IMG/VR virus record: IMGVR_UViG_3300043466_000290
Coordinates: 1-33,646 of that record
Length of the DNA stretch: 33,646 nucleotides
Source of the DNA: a virus
Lineage: Duplodnaviria > Caudoviricetes
Reading direction: 5' to 3' (one strand)
Shown here piece by piece: positions 8,350 to 16,900 of the stretch. Within the stretch, counting starts at the first letter, position 1. Each line of letters begins with the position of its first letter. The notes beneath the pieces are model-generated. The model was not told the origin of the DNA and ran no database searches. It worked only from the letters and a program-made list of their open reading frames with translations. Position numbers and translations under genes: made by a program.

Positions 8350-9183
8350 ATGCGCCCAAGATTCAATAAGACACAAACGGAATGGTGGCAACAAAAACAG
8401 TTATTTGATAAGCAGCTTTATAAGGTATTAATATTTTCAGATTGCCACGGATGGTTGGCAGACCTTTCAGCTTTAAGATGTATTAATCAGGTATTACAGC
8501 ATAATAAATTTGATGAGGTTATAATTAATGGCGATGTAACGGATATGCCTTATATATCAAAGCATAGTCAGAAGTTATACCAGGATGGTATTTTAAAAGG
8601 TTATACCGAAGTTGGAGAGATTGAATATACTAAAGAGCAGATACTCAAGCCTTTACGATTAAGCACGGATGCAAAAATAAGGGTAAGATTAGGCAATCAC
8701 GATGAACGAATTACAAACCCTTATAATCTAGGCGATAAGCAATTAGCAAGATTGGCAGTATTATATAAAAATTATAATAGTACTAAGTATAATGAAATGC
8801 TAGATTTGAAGCAAAGCGATGGTTTTATTTATGATGAAAGCGATGTGTATAATTTATTTAACATATTTGATGTAACACACGGATTAAGTTTAAATAAAAG
8901 CGCAGCAGAGAAAAACATTTTTGAATATATGGGTAGTGGAAGCACTGGTCATACACACAGATTAAATTCTAAGTATTTAACGAACAGAAAGAATCCGTAT
9001 GTATGGCTTGAATCAGGTTGCACTAGGTTAACGAAAGAGGTAGAGTTTTTTCCTACTGGTAAGACTGCAGATTGGCAGCAGGGATTCATTGAGGTAGTAT
9101 TTACTAAGACAGGATTCTTTGCACAACCTACTTTAATATTAAATGGAGAATGTTATTATAACGGAATAATTTATAAAGGATGA
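8350..9183 (+). CDS. Calcineurin-like metallophosphoesterase
   Basis: SDCH, NGD, GNHD, THG and GHTH motifs. Confidence 0.9.
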   Translation: MRPRFNKTQTEWWQQKQLFDKQLYKVLIFSDCHGWLADLSALRCINQVLQHNKFDEVIINGDVTDMPYISKHSQKLYQDGILKGYTEVGEIEYTKEQILKPLRLSTDAKIRVRLGNHDERITNPYNLGDKQLARLAVLYKNYNSTKYNEMLDLKQSDGFIYDESDVYNLFNIFDVTHGLSLNKSAAEKNIFEYMGSGSTGHTHRLNSKYLTNRKNPYVWLESGCTRLTKEVEFFPTGKTADWQQGFIEVVFTKTGFFAQPTLILNGECYYNGIIYKG

Positions 9184-9488
9184 ACGGTTCAATATTAATA
9201 CCTGAGAAATTTAAATTAAATGGTAAAACCATTGAAGTAATAATTGATAATGATTATTGCAAAGACAATAAATGTATGGGAGAAGCTGATTTTACTTTAA
9301 ATATAATTACCTTGTGCGATGAATATGGTGGTAAGAAAGTTAATAAAAGAAGCAAAGAACAGATATTCTACCACGAATTAATACACCATATTTTAAATGC
9401 AATGAACTTAGAGAAATTAAAGTATAATGAATTGTTCGTAGATATGTTTGCAGATAAGCTAATTGAATACGAAAGAAGTAAAAGATAG
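9180..9488 (+). CDS. Small HExxH zincin-like protein
   Basis: IFYHELIHHIL...E motif. Confidence 0.7.
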   Translation: MNGSILIPEKFKLNGKTIEVIIDNDYCKDNKCMGEADFTLNIITLCDEYGGKKVNKRSKEQIFYHELIHHILNAMNLEKLKYNELFVDMFADKLIEYERSKR

Positions 9489-9508
9489 TTTGTTTTTTAG
9501 TTTTGGTT

Positions 9509-9542
9509 ACCCCTTAGTGTTTCTACATTGAGGGGTTTTTTT
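9509..9542 (+). terminator. Rho-independent terminator ending the late/lysis transcript
   Basis: 12-bp stem ACCCCTTAGTGT-ttct-ACATTGAGGGGT followed by a T run. Confidence 0.85.
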
Positions 9543-9626
9543 ATGTCTCAAACCCAATAGAATCAATAGTTATTAAAATATTTATATATATAATATAAAT
9601 TAATTTAAAATAAAGTTTAAAATTTA

Positions 9627-9658
9627 TTTGGTAGTTTGGAATATTTGTTTTATTTTTG
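9627..9658 (+). promoter_or_regulatory. Bacteroidetes primary-sigma promoter (early promoter)
   Basis: TTTG at 9627-9630, a 20-nt spacer, then TATTTTTG at 9651-9658 matching TAnnTTTG, with an AT-rich upstream tract. Confidence 0.75.
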
Positions 9659-9689
9659 ATTTATCAAATAACAATTAAAACTAAAAACA

Positions 9690-9890
9690 ATGACAAATAT
9701 CTACAAAACAAAGCAAGTAAATTCAATTAATACAATAACTTGTGAAATAGAAGAAACCTATATGGATAATTATTCAGTATTAGTTTATGATAATGAAGGT
9801 GGAATATTTATTGAAAAATTTGAAAATACTTTACAAAATGCAAAAGAATTAGCAGATAAATTATTTAACCTAGTTTGTAAAAAATATTAA
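9690..9890 (+). CDS. Hypothetical early protein
   Basis: First ORF after the promoter, with an A-rich leader. Confidence 0.7.
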   Translation: MTNIYKTKQVNSINTITCEIEETYMDNYSVLVYDNEGGIFIEKFENTLQNAKELADKLFNLVCKKY

Positions 9891-9940
9891 AAAAAAGGGG
9901 TGCAGCATCCTATCAACTGCGTAAACTAAAAAACAAACAA

Positions 9941-10132
9941 ATGAAACCAAGTCAACTAAAATTGCTCGAAAGTATATATAACTTTATGGGCGCAAATGAA
10001 ACCTTGCTTCAAAAAGAATTTAGTAAAATTCCTGAAGTTGAAAAGAACTTTAGCTATCCACAATTTTGTTTAACAATTTATTCAAACCTAAATGAAAACA
10101 GTACAACCACCAAAACCGACCAAAGATTTTAA
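9941..10132 (+). CDS. Hypothetical early protein
   Basis: ORF with an A-rich leader. Confidence 0.65.
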   Translation: MKPSQLKLLESIYNFMGANETLLQKEFSKIPEVEKNFSYPQFCLTIYSNLNENSTTTKTDQRF

Positions 10133-10193
10133 CACCTGGATTAATTACATTCATAACCTAATAAAACAAAACTATGACACACCAAGAAATTAA
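10092..10193 (+). CDS. Small hypothetical protein (33 aa, MKTVQPPKPTKDFNTWINYIH...)
   Basis: Fills the gap and overlaps its neighbours. Not in the ORF track. Confidence 0.5.
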   Translation: MKTVQPPKPTKDFNTWINYIHNLIKQNYDTPRN

Positions 10194-10260
10194 AGACGCA
10201 ATCCTAATCTCAATCCTTATTATTGGCGCATTATTAGCCGACAACCTTTTAAACTTTTAA
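10174..10260 (+). CDS. Small single-TM protein (28 aa)
   Basis: MTHQEIKDAILISILIIGALLADNLLNF; its stop lies 2 nt before the next ATG. Confidence 0.5.
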   Translation: MTHQEIKDAILISILIIGALLADNLLNF

Positions 10261-10262
10261 TT

Positions 10263-10538
10263 ATGACAATCAAATTTAAAACCGAAGTAGAAAACGAAAT
10301 TGCACTTGAACTACCATTATATTTTAAATTAATTAATGGAGTTATTCAAGATTCTTACTTTGCTATTATTAGAGAGGATTTAGGTATATCTAACTGGGGA
10401 GGCAGAGATATATTGGTAAATAGATTCCCTGAGCATATAGCCAAGCTAACACTTGATAAAGATTATCAGCAAATAACTGAAGCAGAATTTAAAACTGCAT
10501 TAACCCAAACTTGTAACTATTTAATAAACTTAATATGA
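10263..10538 (+). CDS. Hypothetical protein
   Basis: ORF coupled to the next gene. Confidence 0.7.
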   Translation: MTIKFKTEVENEIALELPLYFKLINGVIQDSYFAIIREDLGISNWGGRDILVNRFPEHIAKLTLDKDYQQITEAEFKTALTQTCNYLINLI

Positions 10539-11062
10539 GCAATTTAATCAAAATTCAAAACGAACTAAAAGCACCAAAGAATCAAACGAATGCGTTTGGT
10601 AAGTACAAGTACAGAAGCTGCGAGGATATTCTTGAAGCAGTAAAGCCTTTACTTTTAAAGTATAATTGTCAGCTAATAATCAGCGATTCAATTAAAGAAG
10701 CAGGTGGAGTTATTTACTGCGAAAGTAGAATAGTATTCACGGATGGTATAGAAAACTATTATGTAACTGCTTGTGCAGGTATTGAGCCAAACCGTAAAGG
10801 AATGGACATTGCACAAAGTTTCGGAGCATCCAGTAGTTATGCTAGAAAGTATGCGCTTAATGGTTTGTTTTTAATTGATGATACTAAGGATGCAGATGCT
10901 ACAAATGACCACGGAAAAGCTGAAAAACCTTTTATGACAGACCATCAAATGATTTCTTTAGTTGCTAGGTATAACGAAGGCGAGAGGGATGTATTTGAGA
11001 AAGCAAAAGCGCACTTAGTTTTAAGAGATAAAGATTTATTAACCATTAAAGCAATGAAATAA
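10535..11062 (+). CDS. ERF-family single-strand annealing protein
   Basis: KYKYRSCEDILEAVKPLL and GASSSYARKYALNGLFLIDDTKDAD motifs. Confidence 0.9.
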   Translation: MSNLIKIQNELKAPKNQTNAFGKYKYRSCEDILEAVKPLLLKYNCQLIISDSIKEAGGVIYCESRIVFTDGIENYYVTACAGIEPNRKGMDIAQSFGASSSYARKYALNGLFLIDDTKDADATNDHGKAEKPFMTDHQMISLVARYNEGERDVFEKAKAHLVLRDKDLLTIKAMK

Positions 11063-11703
11063 TGATTGAGCAATATTCAACAGAGTGGTTTACTCAAAGG
11101 ATGGGTAAAATCACAAGTTCAACGATTTACAATTTAATGATTGAACCCAAGTTAAAGTCTGAAGCTGGTAATTTAGCAGCAACTACTAAAGATTATTTAA
11201 CCTCAAAACTAGCTGAAAGGCTTACAGGAGTGCAAAGAGAATTTACTTCTAATGCAACTAATCACGGACTAGAATTAGAGAACGAAGCCATTAAATTTTA
11301 TGAAGGTAAGACCGGTTCAACCGTAAAGTCAGGCGGTTATATTGAAATGATTAATGGATTGTATGGTGGCACACCTGATGGCTTAATAGAAGGTGGTGGT
11401 ATTATACAGGTTAAATGCCCTTACAACTATACGAATCATATTAACAATGGATTAATCGAAGGTCAAGAATATTTTAAGAAAAACTACAAACAGTACTATT
11501 GGCAATGTCAAAGCGATATGATGATAACAGAAAGTGAGTTTTGCGATTTTGTTTCCTATTGCCCTGAGATAGCAGATAACCTTAAAATGTTTATTTTTAG
11601 GATTGAGGCTAATATTGAAGATATGCAATTACTTTTATCTAAGATTAATCAAGCAGGAGAATTTATGAATAACCTTTATAACCAATTAACGAATGAACGA
11701 TAA
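11062..11703 (+). CDS. YqaJ/lambda-exonuclease family protein
   Basis: QYSTEWFTQRMGKITSS, HGLELE, TPDG, QVKCP and YYWQCQ motifs. Confidence 0.9.
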   Translation: MIEQYSTEWFTQRMGKITSSTIYNLMIEPKLKSEAGNLAATTKDYLTSKLAERLTGVQREFTSNATNHGLELENEAIKFYEGKTGSTVKSGGYIEMINGLYGGTPDGLIEGGGIIQVKCPYNYTNHINNGLIEGQEYFKKNYKQYYWQCQSDMMITESEFCDFVSYCPEIADNLKMFIFRIEANIEDMQLLLSKINQAGEFMNNLYNQLTNER

Positions 11704-12070
11704 TTTAAAAAGTATTTTAAAATACATCCAAATTTATACTAATTGCACCGATTATGATTTAGGTAAAATTGCTTTATTATTTGATAGATATCCTTTAGAT
11801 AGAGTTAAAATAAAAGTAGTTGAGAAAGAAAAAAAGGTATTTATTAAAGGAAAAAATGATTTAGATTATTGGACAATTAATTATTTAAAAGAAAATAATA
11901 TAACTTACGAGCAATTAACAGAAAACAATCGTAAATACGAAACTGTTAAGCGTAGGGTAGAATTTTCAAAAGCAGCTAGAGAAAATGGATTTATTTTAAC
12001 CGATATTGGAAGAAAATTAAAAATGCACCATTCCAGTATCATTCACTTAGTCAACCACTTTAAACCATAA
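11693..12070 (+). CDS. DNA-binding protein with a DnaA C-terminal-like HTH
   Basis: LTDIGRKLKMHHSSIIH resembles the DnaA domain IV signature LxxIGxxFxxxxHxTVxH. Confidence 0.55.
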   Translation: MNDNLKSILKYIQIYTNCTDYDLGKIALLFDRYPLDRVKIKVVEKEKKVFIKGKNDLDYWTINYLKENNITYEQLTENNRKYETVKRRVEFSKAARENGFILTDIGRKLKMHHSSIIHLVNHFKP

Positions 12071-12074
12071 AAAA

Positions 12075-12329
12075 ATGACAACACCAACAAATCAGAATGC
12101 AGAAGTATTAAATTTGCTTCTAACTGAAAAAAGACAAACAAGTTTAAACCTTGTAATGAACGGTATTTTAAACCCAACTGCCAGGATAACCAACCTAAGA
12201 AAGATGGGAGTAAATATCATTTGCGATTTAATCAAGCACACCAATAAGTTTGGCAGAACTATTCATTATGGAGAATTCTCTATTTTGAATAAAAAAGATG
12301 CTAGAAAAATTTACACAGAAATTAATTAA
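12075..12329 (+). CDS. Winged helix-turn-helix protein
   Basis: QNAEVLNLL...GILNPTARITNLRKMGVNI pattern. Confidence 0.7.
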   Translation: MTTPTNQNAEVLNLLLTEKRQTSLNLVMNGILNPTARITNLRKMGVNIICDLIKHTNKFGRTIHYGEFSILNKKDARKIYTEIN

Positions 12330-12336
12330 TTAACTT

Positions 12337-12357
12337 GGGGTGGTTAATCGCCACCCC
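12337..12357 (+). other. Intergenic GC-rich hairpin
   Basis: GGGGTGG-ttaatcg-CCACCCC with no clear T tract. Confidence 0.55.
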
Positions 12358-12370
12358 TTAAATTTAACTT

Positions 12371-12601
12371 ATGATTAACATTAAAAAAGATATTTTAGAG
12401 TATAGAATAAATAATTCAGCAAAGATTTTTTATATTTACCTTGAGCATACAAAAAGGTTTAACAAATCTAATGCCTATTATGCAGATGCTTTTGAAGTAT
12501 CAACTATGACGGTAAACAACTGGATAAATGAATTAAAAGATACAGGGCTAATAGAAATAATATTTGAGGATAACAAACGTAAAATCTTAATAAATGAATA
12601 A
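12371..12601 (+). CDS. Helix-turn-helix protein
   Basis: SNAYYADAFEVSTMTVNNWINELKDTGLI. Confidence 0.75.
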   Translation: MINIKKDILEYRINNSAKIFYIYLEHTKRFNKSNAYYADAFEVSTMTVNNWINELKDTGLIEIIFEDNKRKILINE

Positions 12602-13028
12602 ATCATACTACTTTAGCCACGATTATAATTCTGCAAATGATGTTAAAATCTTATTCCTCAGGCAGCAGTTAGGAATGGAGGGTTATGGTATTTATTGGTT
12701 TTTAGTTGAGAACCTTGCTCAAGCAGGTGGAATCCTACCTTTAAATATTACTCCAGTTCTAGCGATGCAGATGCAAACAAACGAGGTTAAAGTTAAGGCA
12801 GTTATTGAAGAATTTAATTTATTTACTATTGCAGAAGATGGTTTCTTTTCCAGGAGATTAAATGACCATTTAGGACTAAGAAAAAAACTTAGCGATAAAG
12901 GTAAAATTGGAGCAGCTTTACGTTGGAAAAATGGGGGGGCTATTACCCTCCCTAATGGGGAGGCTTATGCAAAGAAAGAAAGTAAAGAAATAAATAAAGG
13001 GGATTTTTTAACAAAAATAGTTCTTTAA
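12594..13028 (+). CDS. Putative replication initiator (DUF4373/Lin1244-like N-terminal domain)
   Basis: YYFSHDYNSANDVKI...GMEGYGIYWFLVENL; upstream of dnaB and carrying internal iteron-like repeats. Confidence 0.75.
   Translation: MNKSYYFSHDYNSANDVKILFLRQQLGMEGYGIYWFLVENLAQAGGILPLNITPVLAMQMQTNEVKVKAVIEEFNLFTIAEDGFFSRRLNDHLGLRKKLSDKGKIGAALRWKNGGAITLPNGEAYAKKESKEINKGDFLTKIVL
12930..13000. other. Candidate replication origin (iterons plus A-rich tract inside the initiator gene)
   Basis: AATGGGGGGGCT (12930) and AATGGGGAGGCT (12954) flank an inverted-like unit, followed by an A-rich run. Confidence 0.5.
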
Positions 13029-13156
13029 TACAATTTTAGTTATCAAATGAGTATAAGTATTATTTAAACGCATTTTAAGATATCAAGGTTTGATTTAAAA
13101 TAACTTTTGAGGGAATCTATCACGAATACATTAACCAACCTAAAAACAGGCTTAAA

Positions 13157-14479
13157 ATGGCTAAAACACCACCAAACAACAAAGATGTCGAAGATAGGAT
13201 TCTTGGAGTACTTTTGATTGAACAGAATTCAGTTCATACATATATAGCTAAAATTACAAGTGAATTCTTTTACCAAACTAAAAACCAATTAATCTTTAAA
13301 GCAATACAGGGATTGTATGATAAAATGAGTGCTATTGATATAGTAACTGTATCTCAATACTTGACTAATAAAAAAGAAATGGACTTAGTAGGCGGTGCTT
13401 ATGAGATAGTAAAGTTAACTAATAATGTAACTGGCAGCAGTTCAATGAATGATTGGATATTAATACTTCAGCAATGTTATTTACAAAGAAAAGGAATAGT
13501 AATAGGTCAGGAATTAATTAATGATTCTTATCAAGGCGAGATTGAAAACCATTTAAATAATGCTTCAACTAAGATTTTAAATGCACAGGAAAGCATTTAT
13601 AAAAATAGTGAGAAAGGGATGGCGCATTACATAATGAGTCTAGCTAAAGAAAGAGATGCAGTAATTGAAAATGGGCAAATAGGAATTGATACAGGATGGC
13701 AGAGTTTAAATAAATATATTAGCGGTTGGGTTAATCCTGATTTAATTATTTTAGCAGCAAGACCTGCACAAGGAAAGACTGCTTTTATGTTAAATGCAAT
13801 ACTAAATGTTTTAAAACAAGATAAGCCAGTAGGCATATTTAGTTTAGAAATGAGTGGGGAACAATTAGTTAACAGGTTAATTAGTTTAGATTCAGGAATT
13901 GCACATCATTTACTTAGAAATAATAATCTTACAGAAGCACATAAATTTATGCTGATGGCTTCTGAAGATAGGTTACAAAAAGCAAAATTATACATTGATG
14001 ATACACCAAGTTTAAACATTAGAGACCTAAGAAGCAAGGCAGCGATATTAAAAAGAAAATACCAAATTGAATTCTTATGCGTTGATTATCTGCAACTTAT
14101 GAGCGGAGTAGATAGGAAAGGTAACAGGGAAAGCGAGATTGCAGAAATTAGTCGAGGATGCAAAATAATAGCAAAGGAATTAAATATTCCAGTACTTGCA
14201 TTATCTCAATTAAGCAGAGCAGTTGAAAGCAGGAATGATAAGATGCCACAGTTATCTGACCTTAGAGAAAGCGGTGGTATAGAGCAAGATGCTGATTCGG
14301 TTATCTTTTTAATGCGACCTGAGACCTACGGAATTAGAGAAATAGAAGTTGATGGAATGACACACAATGCAGAAGGTAAATGTATAGTTAAGATAGCTAA
14401 AAATAGGCACGGAAGTTTAAAAAACATACCATTCCAATTTATAGGCGAAAGAATGGAATTTAAAGAAATGATATTATGA
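13157..14479 (+). CDS. dnaB: Replicative DNA helicase
   Basis: AARPAQGKT, FSLEMS, VDYLQLM, LSQLSR, DLRESGGIEQDAD and KNRHG motifs. Confidence 0.97.
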   Translation: MAKTPPNNKDVEDRILGVLLIEQNSVHTYIAKITSEFFYQTKNQLIFKAIQGLYDKMSAIDIVTVSQYLTNKKEMDLVGGAYEIVKLTNNVTGSSSMNDWILILQQCYLQRKGIVIGQELINDSYQGEIENHLNNASTKILNAQESIYKNSEKGMAHYIMSLAKERDAVIENGQIGIDTGWQSLNKYISGWVNPDLIILAARPAQGKTAFMLNAILNVLKQDKPVGIFSLEMSGEQLVNRLISLDSGIAHHLLRNNNLTEAHKFMLMASEDRLQKAKLYIDDTPSLNIRDLRSKAAILKRKYQIEFLCVDYLQLMSGVDRKGNRESEIAEISRGCKIIAKELNIPVLALSQLSRAVESRNDKMPQLSDLRESGGIEQDADSVIFLMRPETYGIREIEVDGMTHNAEGKCIVKIAKNRHGSLKNIPFQFIGERMEFKEMIL

Positions 14480-14900
14480 TGACGATAATTCGAAATATTT
14501 CCGACATAAACAATATTTTATGACAAAGTCGGTATTAAAATAGTGCCAAATTAAGAAGTTATACTGCGCATATTGTAACATTATTAAACTTTATTTTTTA
14601 TAATAGCTTACATATTATGAATTATTTGCTTTACATTTTGCATGAATTTTTCTAAATATTGATTAATAAAAAAACAAATATGAATGAGTAACGAGTCATT
14701 AAAGTCACAAATTTATCGATATGTGTGACATATAAGACACATTATAAAGTGCAATATCTTGCATTATTGCACATACAAAAGTGCATAATACAATTTATTG
14801 TACCCAAAAGTGCATTAAGCGACACTTTAAGCGACATAAAAATTAGGTGCAAAAGAATATAAATAGGCGCAAATAAACAAAATATATTTAAAAACATATA
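14480..14900. other. Non-coding mosaic of short inverted and direct repeats
   Basis: At least ten different dyad or direct-repeat elements; listed in the findings. Confidence 0.7.
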
Positions 14901-14904
14901 AATT

Positions 14905-15108
14905 ATGACACTTAAAGAAAAAGCAGAAGAACTATTTGATAAAATGTTATACAATGATGGAGATAAATACCACTATTGCAGCCATTATGTAGGTAAAAAC
15001 TGTGCTTTAATAGCAGTTGACGAAGTATTAAAATATTCTAAAGCACACGGATTTATTGGTTTAACAGATGAATATTTAGAAATTAAAAAAGAAATAGAAA
15101 AATTATGA
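14905..15108 (+). CDS. Hypothetical protein, paralogue of 6250..6483
   Basis: Shared CALIAVxE motif. Confidence 0.75.
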   Translation: MTLKEKAEELFDKMLYNDGDKYHYCSHYVGKNCALIAVDEVLKYSKAHGFIGLTDEYLEIKKEIEKL

Positions 15109-15323
15109 AAACAGCAGTAGAAATATTAATTGAAAAATTAGAAGGAACTTTGGTTCAGGCAGTTTATGAAAGACTAGAGAACGAAGGCATCCTTACAAAA
15201 GCGTTGCAATTAGAAAGAGACCAAATACAAGAGGCATTTAACGAAGGTTTAAATAATAAAATTGAATATGATGGTCAAGCAAAGGATTATTTTATAGAAA
15301 AATATATTTTAGATAACGATTAA
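15105..15323 (+). CDS. Hypothetical protein (MKTA family, paralogue of 15334..15552)
   Basis: MKTA...E(R/K)xQIxxA(F/Y)xxG...Y..Y pattern. Confidence 0.75.
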   Translation: MKTAVEILIEKLEGTLVQAVYERLENEGILTKALQLERDQIQEAFNEGLNNKIEYDGQAKDYFIEKYILDND

Positions 15324-15333
15324 ATAAAAAATT

Positions 15334-15552
15334 ATGAAAACAGCAATGCAAGAATTAATGCAATGGATGGAAAAAAATGAATTTATGGTTAACAAAGGGT
15401 TTATTGAAAAAATAAATGAATGTCTTGAAAAAGAAAAAGAGCAGATAATAAATGCTTACGAAGATGGCAAAGAAAATCAAAGGGATAGTATTACAAATAT
15501 TTACAATTATATAATAGGAGAATTTTACTACAACCAAACCTATAATTTATGA
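15334..15552 (+). CDS. Hypothetical protein (MKTA family)
   Basis: Paralogue of the preceding gene. Confidence 0.75.
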   Translation: MKTAMQELMQWMEKNEFMVNKGFIEKINECLEKEKEQIINAYEDGKENQRDSITNIYNYIIGEFYYNQTYNL

Positions 15553-15743
15553 CCGACATATGTAAATGCAAGGGAGAAATAGGAGCAATCATTTGCCCTT
15601 ATAAAGAAAATTGCTACAGATATACTGCAAAAGCAGATGAACTATATCAGAGTTACTTTATGGAATTACCTTTAAAAGATGGTAAATGCGATTATTACTG
15701 GGGCGATGATGGAGAAAAGATATGGAGTACTAAACAAACATAG
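15549..15743 (+). CDS. Small Cys-rich hypothetical protein
   Basis: DICKC...CP...CYR...QSYF...C..YW pattern. Confidence 0.7.
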   Translation: MTDICKCKGEIGAIICPYKENCYRYTAKADELYQSYFMELPLKDGKCDYYWGDDGEKIWSTKQT

Positions 15744-15793
15744 TATTGATAACTTTTTTATAAATGTGAATAACTTTATTTTAATTTTATTTT

Positions 15794-16171
15794 ATGTTAG
15801 AGAAAGACTTACACAGGTTAGTTTGCGACTACATACGTAAAATCTACCCATACGTTATATTCAGGACTGACTTTAGTTCAGGAATGAGAATGAGTATAGG
15901 GATGGCAAAGCGACACAAAGCGCTCCAGTATTCAAACGCTTATCCTGATTTATTTATTGCTGAGCCTAAAGGAAACTATGCAGGACTATTTATTGAATTA
16001 AAAACAGTTAATAACATAGTATTTAAAAAAGATGGCACAATGCGAAAGAATGAACACCATCAAGAACAAGAGGTAATGATGATGAAGCTAAGGGGCAAGG
16101 GATATAAGGCAGAATTTGGACAAGGATTTGGACATACAATTAAAATCATAAACGAATATTTAAACCAATAA
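15794..16171 (+). CDS. VRR-NUC (PD-D/ExK) nuclease, probable resolvase
   Basis: E.DL...PDLFI...GLFIELK...Q...L...GY motifs. Confidence 0.85.
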   Translation: MLEKDLHRLVCDYIRKIYPYVIFRTDFSSGMRMSIGMAKRHKALQYSNAYPDLFIAEPKGNYAGLFIELKTVNNIVFKKDGTMRKNEHHQEQEVMMMKLRGKGYKAEFGQGFGHTIKIINEYLNQ

Positions 16172-16182
16172 AAACTAAAATA

Positions 16183-16452
16183 ATGAGCAACGAAAAAAAA
16201 CAAGCAATCAGATTAGGAAGCGGTAAAAAGATTAATGAAACTTTCCTAAGTTCAAGCCTATGTATTACAGATGCACTAGAGCATTCATACGAATACAATG
16301 GTAAGAGATATGTTAAAGTTAATATTAATATTTATGCAGAACCTGACCAGTTTGGTAAAAATGTAAAAATAACTTTGAATGATTTTGAACCTAAATCAAA
16401 GGTAGAGACTAACCCAATTAATATAAACACCAAAAGCGACCTCCCGTTTTAA
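16183..16452 (+). CDS. Putative single-stranded DNA-binding protein
   Basis: Small beta-rich protein ending in the SSB-type tail SDLPF. Confidence 0.5.
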   Translation: MSNEKKQAIRLGSGKKINETFLSSSLCITDALEHSYEYNGKRYVKVNINIYAEPDQFGKNVKITLNDFEPKSKVETNPININTKSDLPF

Positions 16453-16724
16453 TGAAAAAATATACCAAAGAGTATTTTAAGTATTTTGGATATGGTATAG
16501 AAGATTTTGTTCCTTGTGAGGTATGCGGTAGTAAAGCGGTTGACATTGCGCATATAGTAGCACAATCTAAATTTGGCAGTAAAAGAAAGGATGAGCAAGA
16601 TTTAATAACTAACATTGCCGCACTTTGTCGAACTTGTCATTATGACTATGATTTTAAAAATAAATGGACGGTTGAAGAAATGACTGAAATACATTTAAAC
16701 TTTTTAAAGAAAAATAAAATATGA
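16452..16724 (+). CDS. HNH-like zinc-finger nuclease
   Basis: CEVC...DIAHI...NIAALCRTCH. Confidence 0.75.
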   Translation: MKKYTKEYFKYFGYGIEDFVPCEVCGSKAVDIAHIVAQSKFGSKRKDEQDLITNIAALCRTCHYDYDFKNKWTVEEMTEIHLNFLKKNKI

Positions 16725-16900
16725 AGTTATTAGACGAGATTAATGCAGACTTACAAAAGCGCATTGACAAAGGAATTAAAACCTACGGAACTACTTTAGA
16801 CAATGCAGATTTAAACAACTTACAATTATTAAATCATTTATACGAGGAATTACTCGATTCAGTATTTTATATTAAAAAATTAATCAATGATAAAAGTTAA
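16721..16900 (+). CDS. Small helical protein (59 aa), possibly MazG-like nucleotide pyrophosphohydrolase fold
   Basis: Not in the ORF track. R...G..TYGTTLD...HLYEELLD...Y pattern, with an ATGA overlap with the upstream gene. Confidence 0.6.
   Translation: MKLLDEINADLQKRIDKGIKTYGTTLDNADLNNLQLLNHLYEELLDSVFYIKKLINDKS

Noticed and set aside
14480-14900. CRISPR or mini-CRISPR array
   Set aside because: There is no constant repeat with regular spacers; each element is different.
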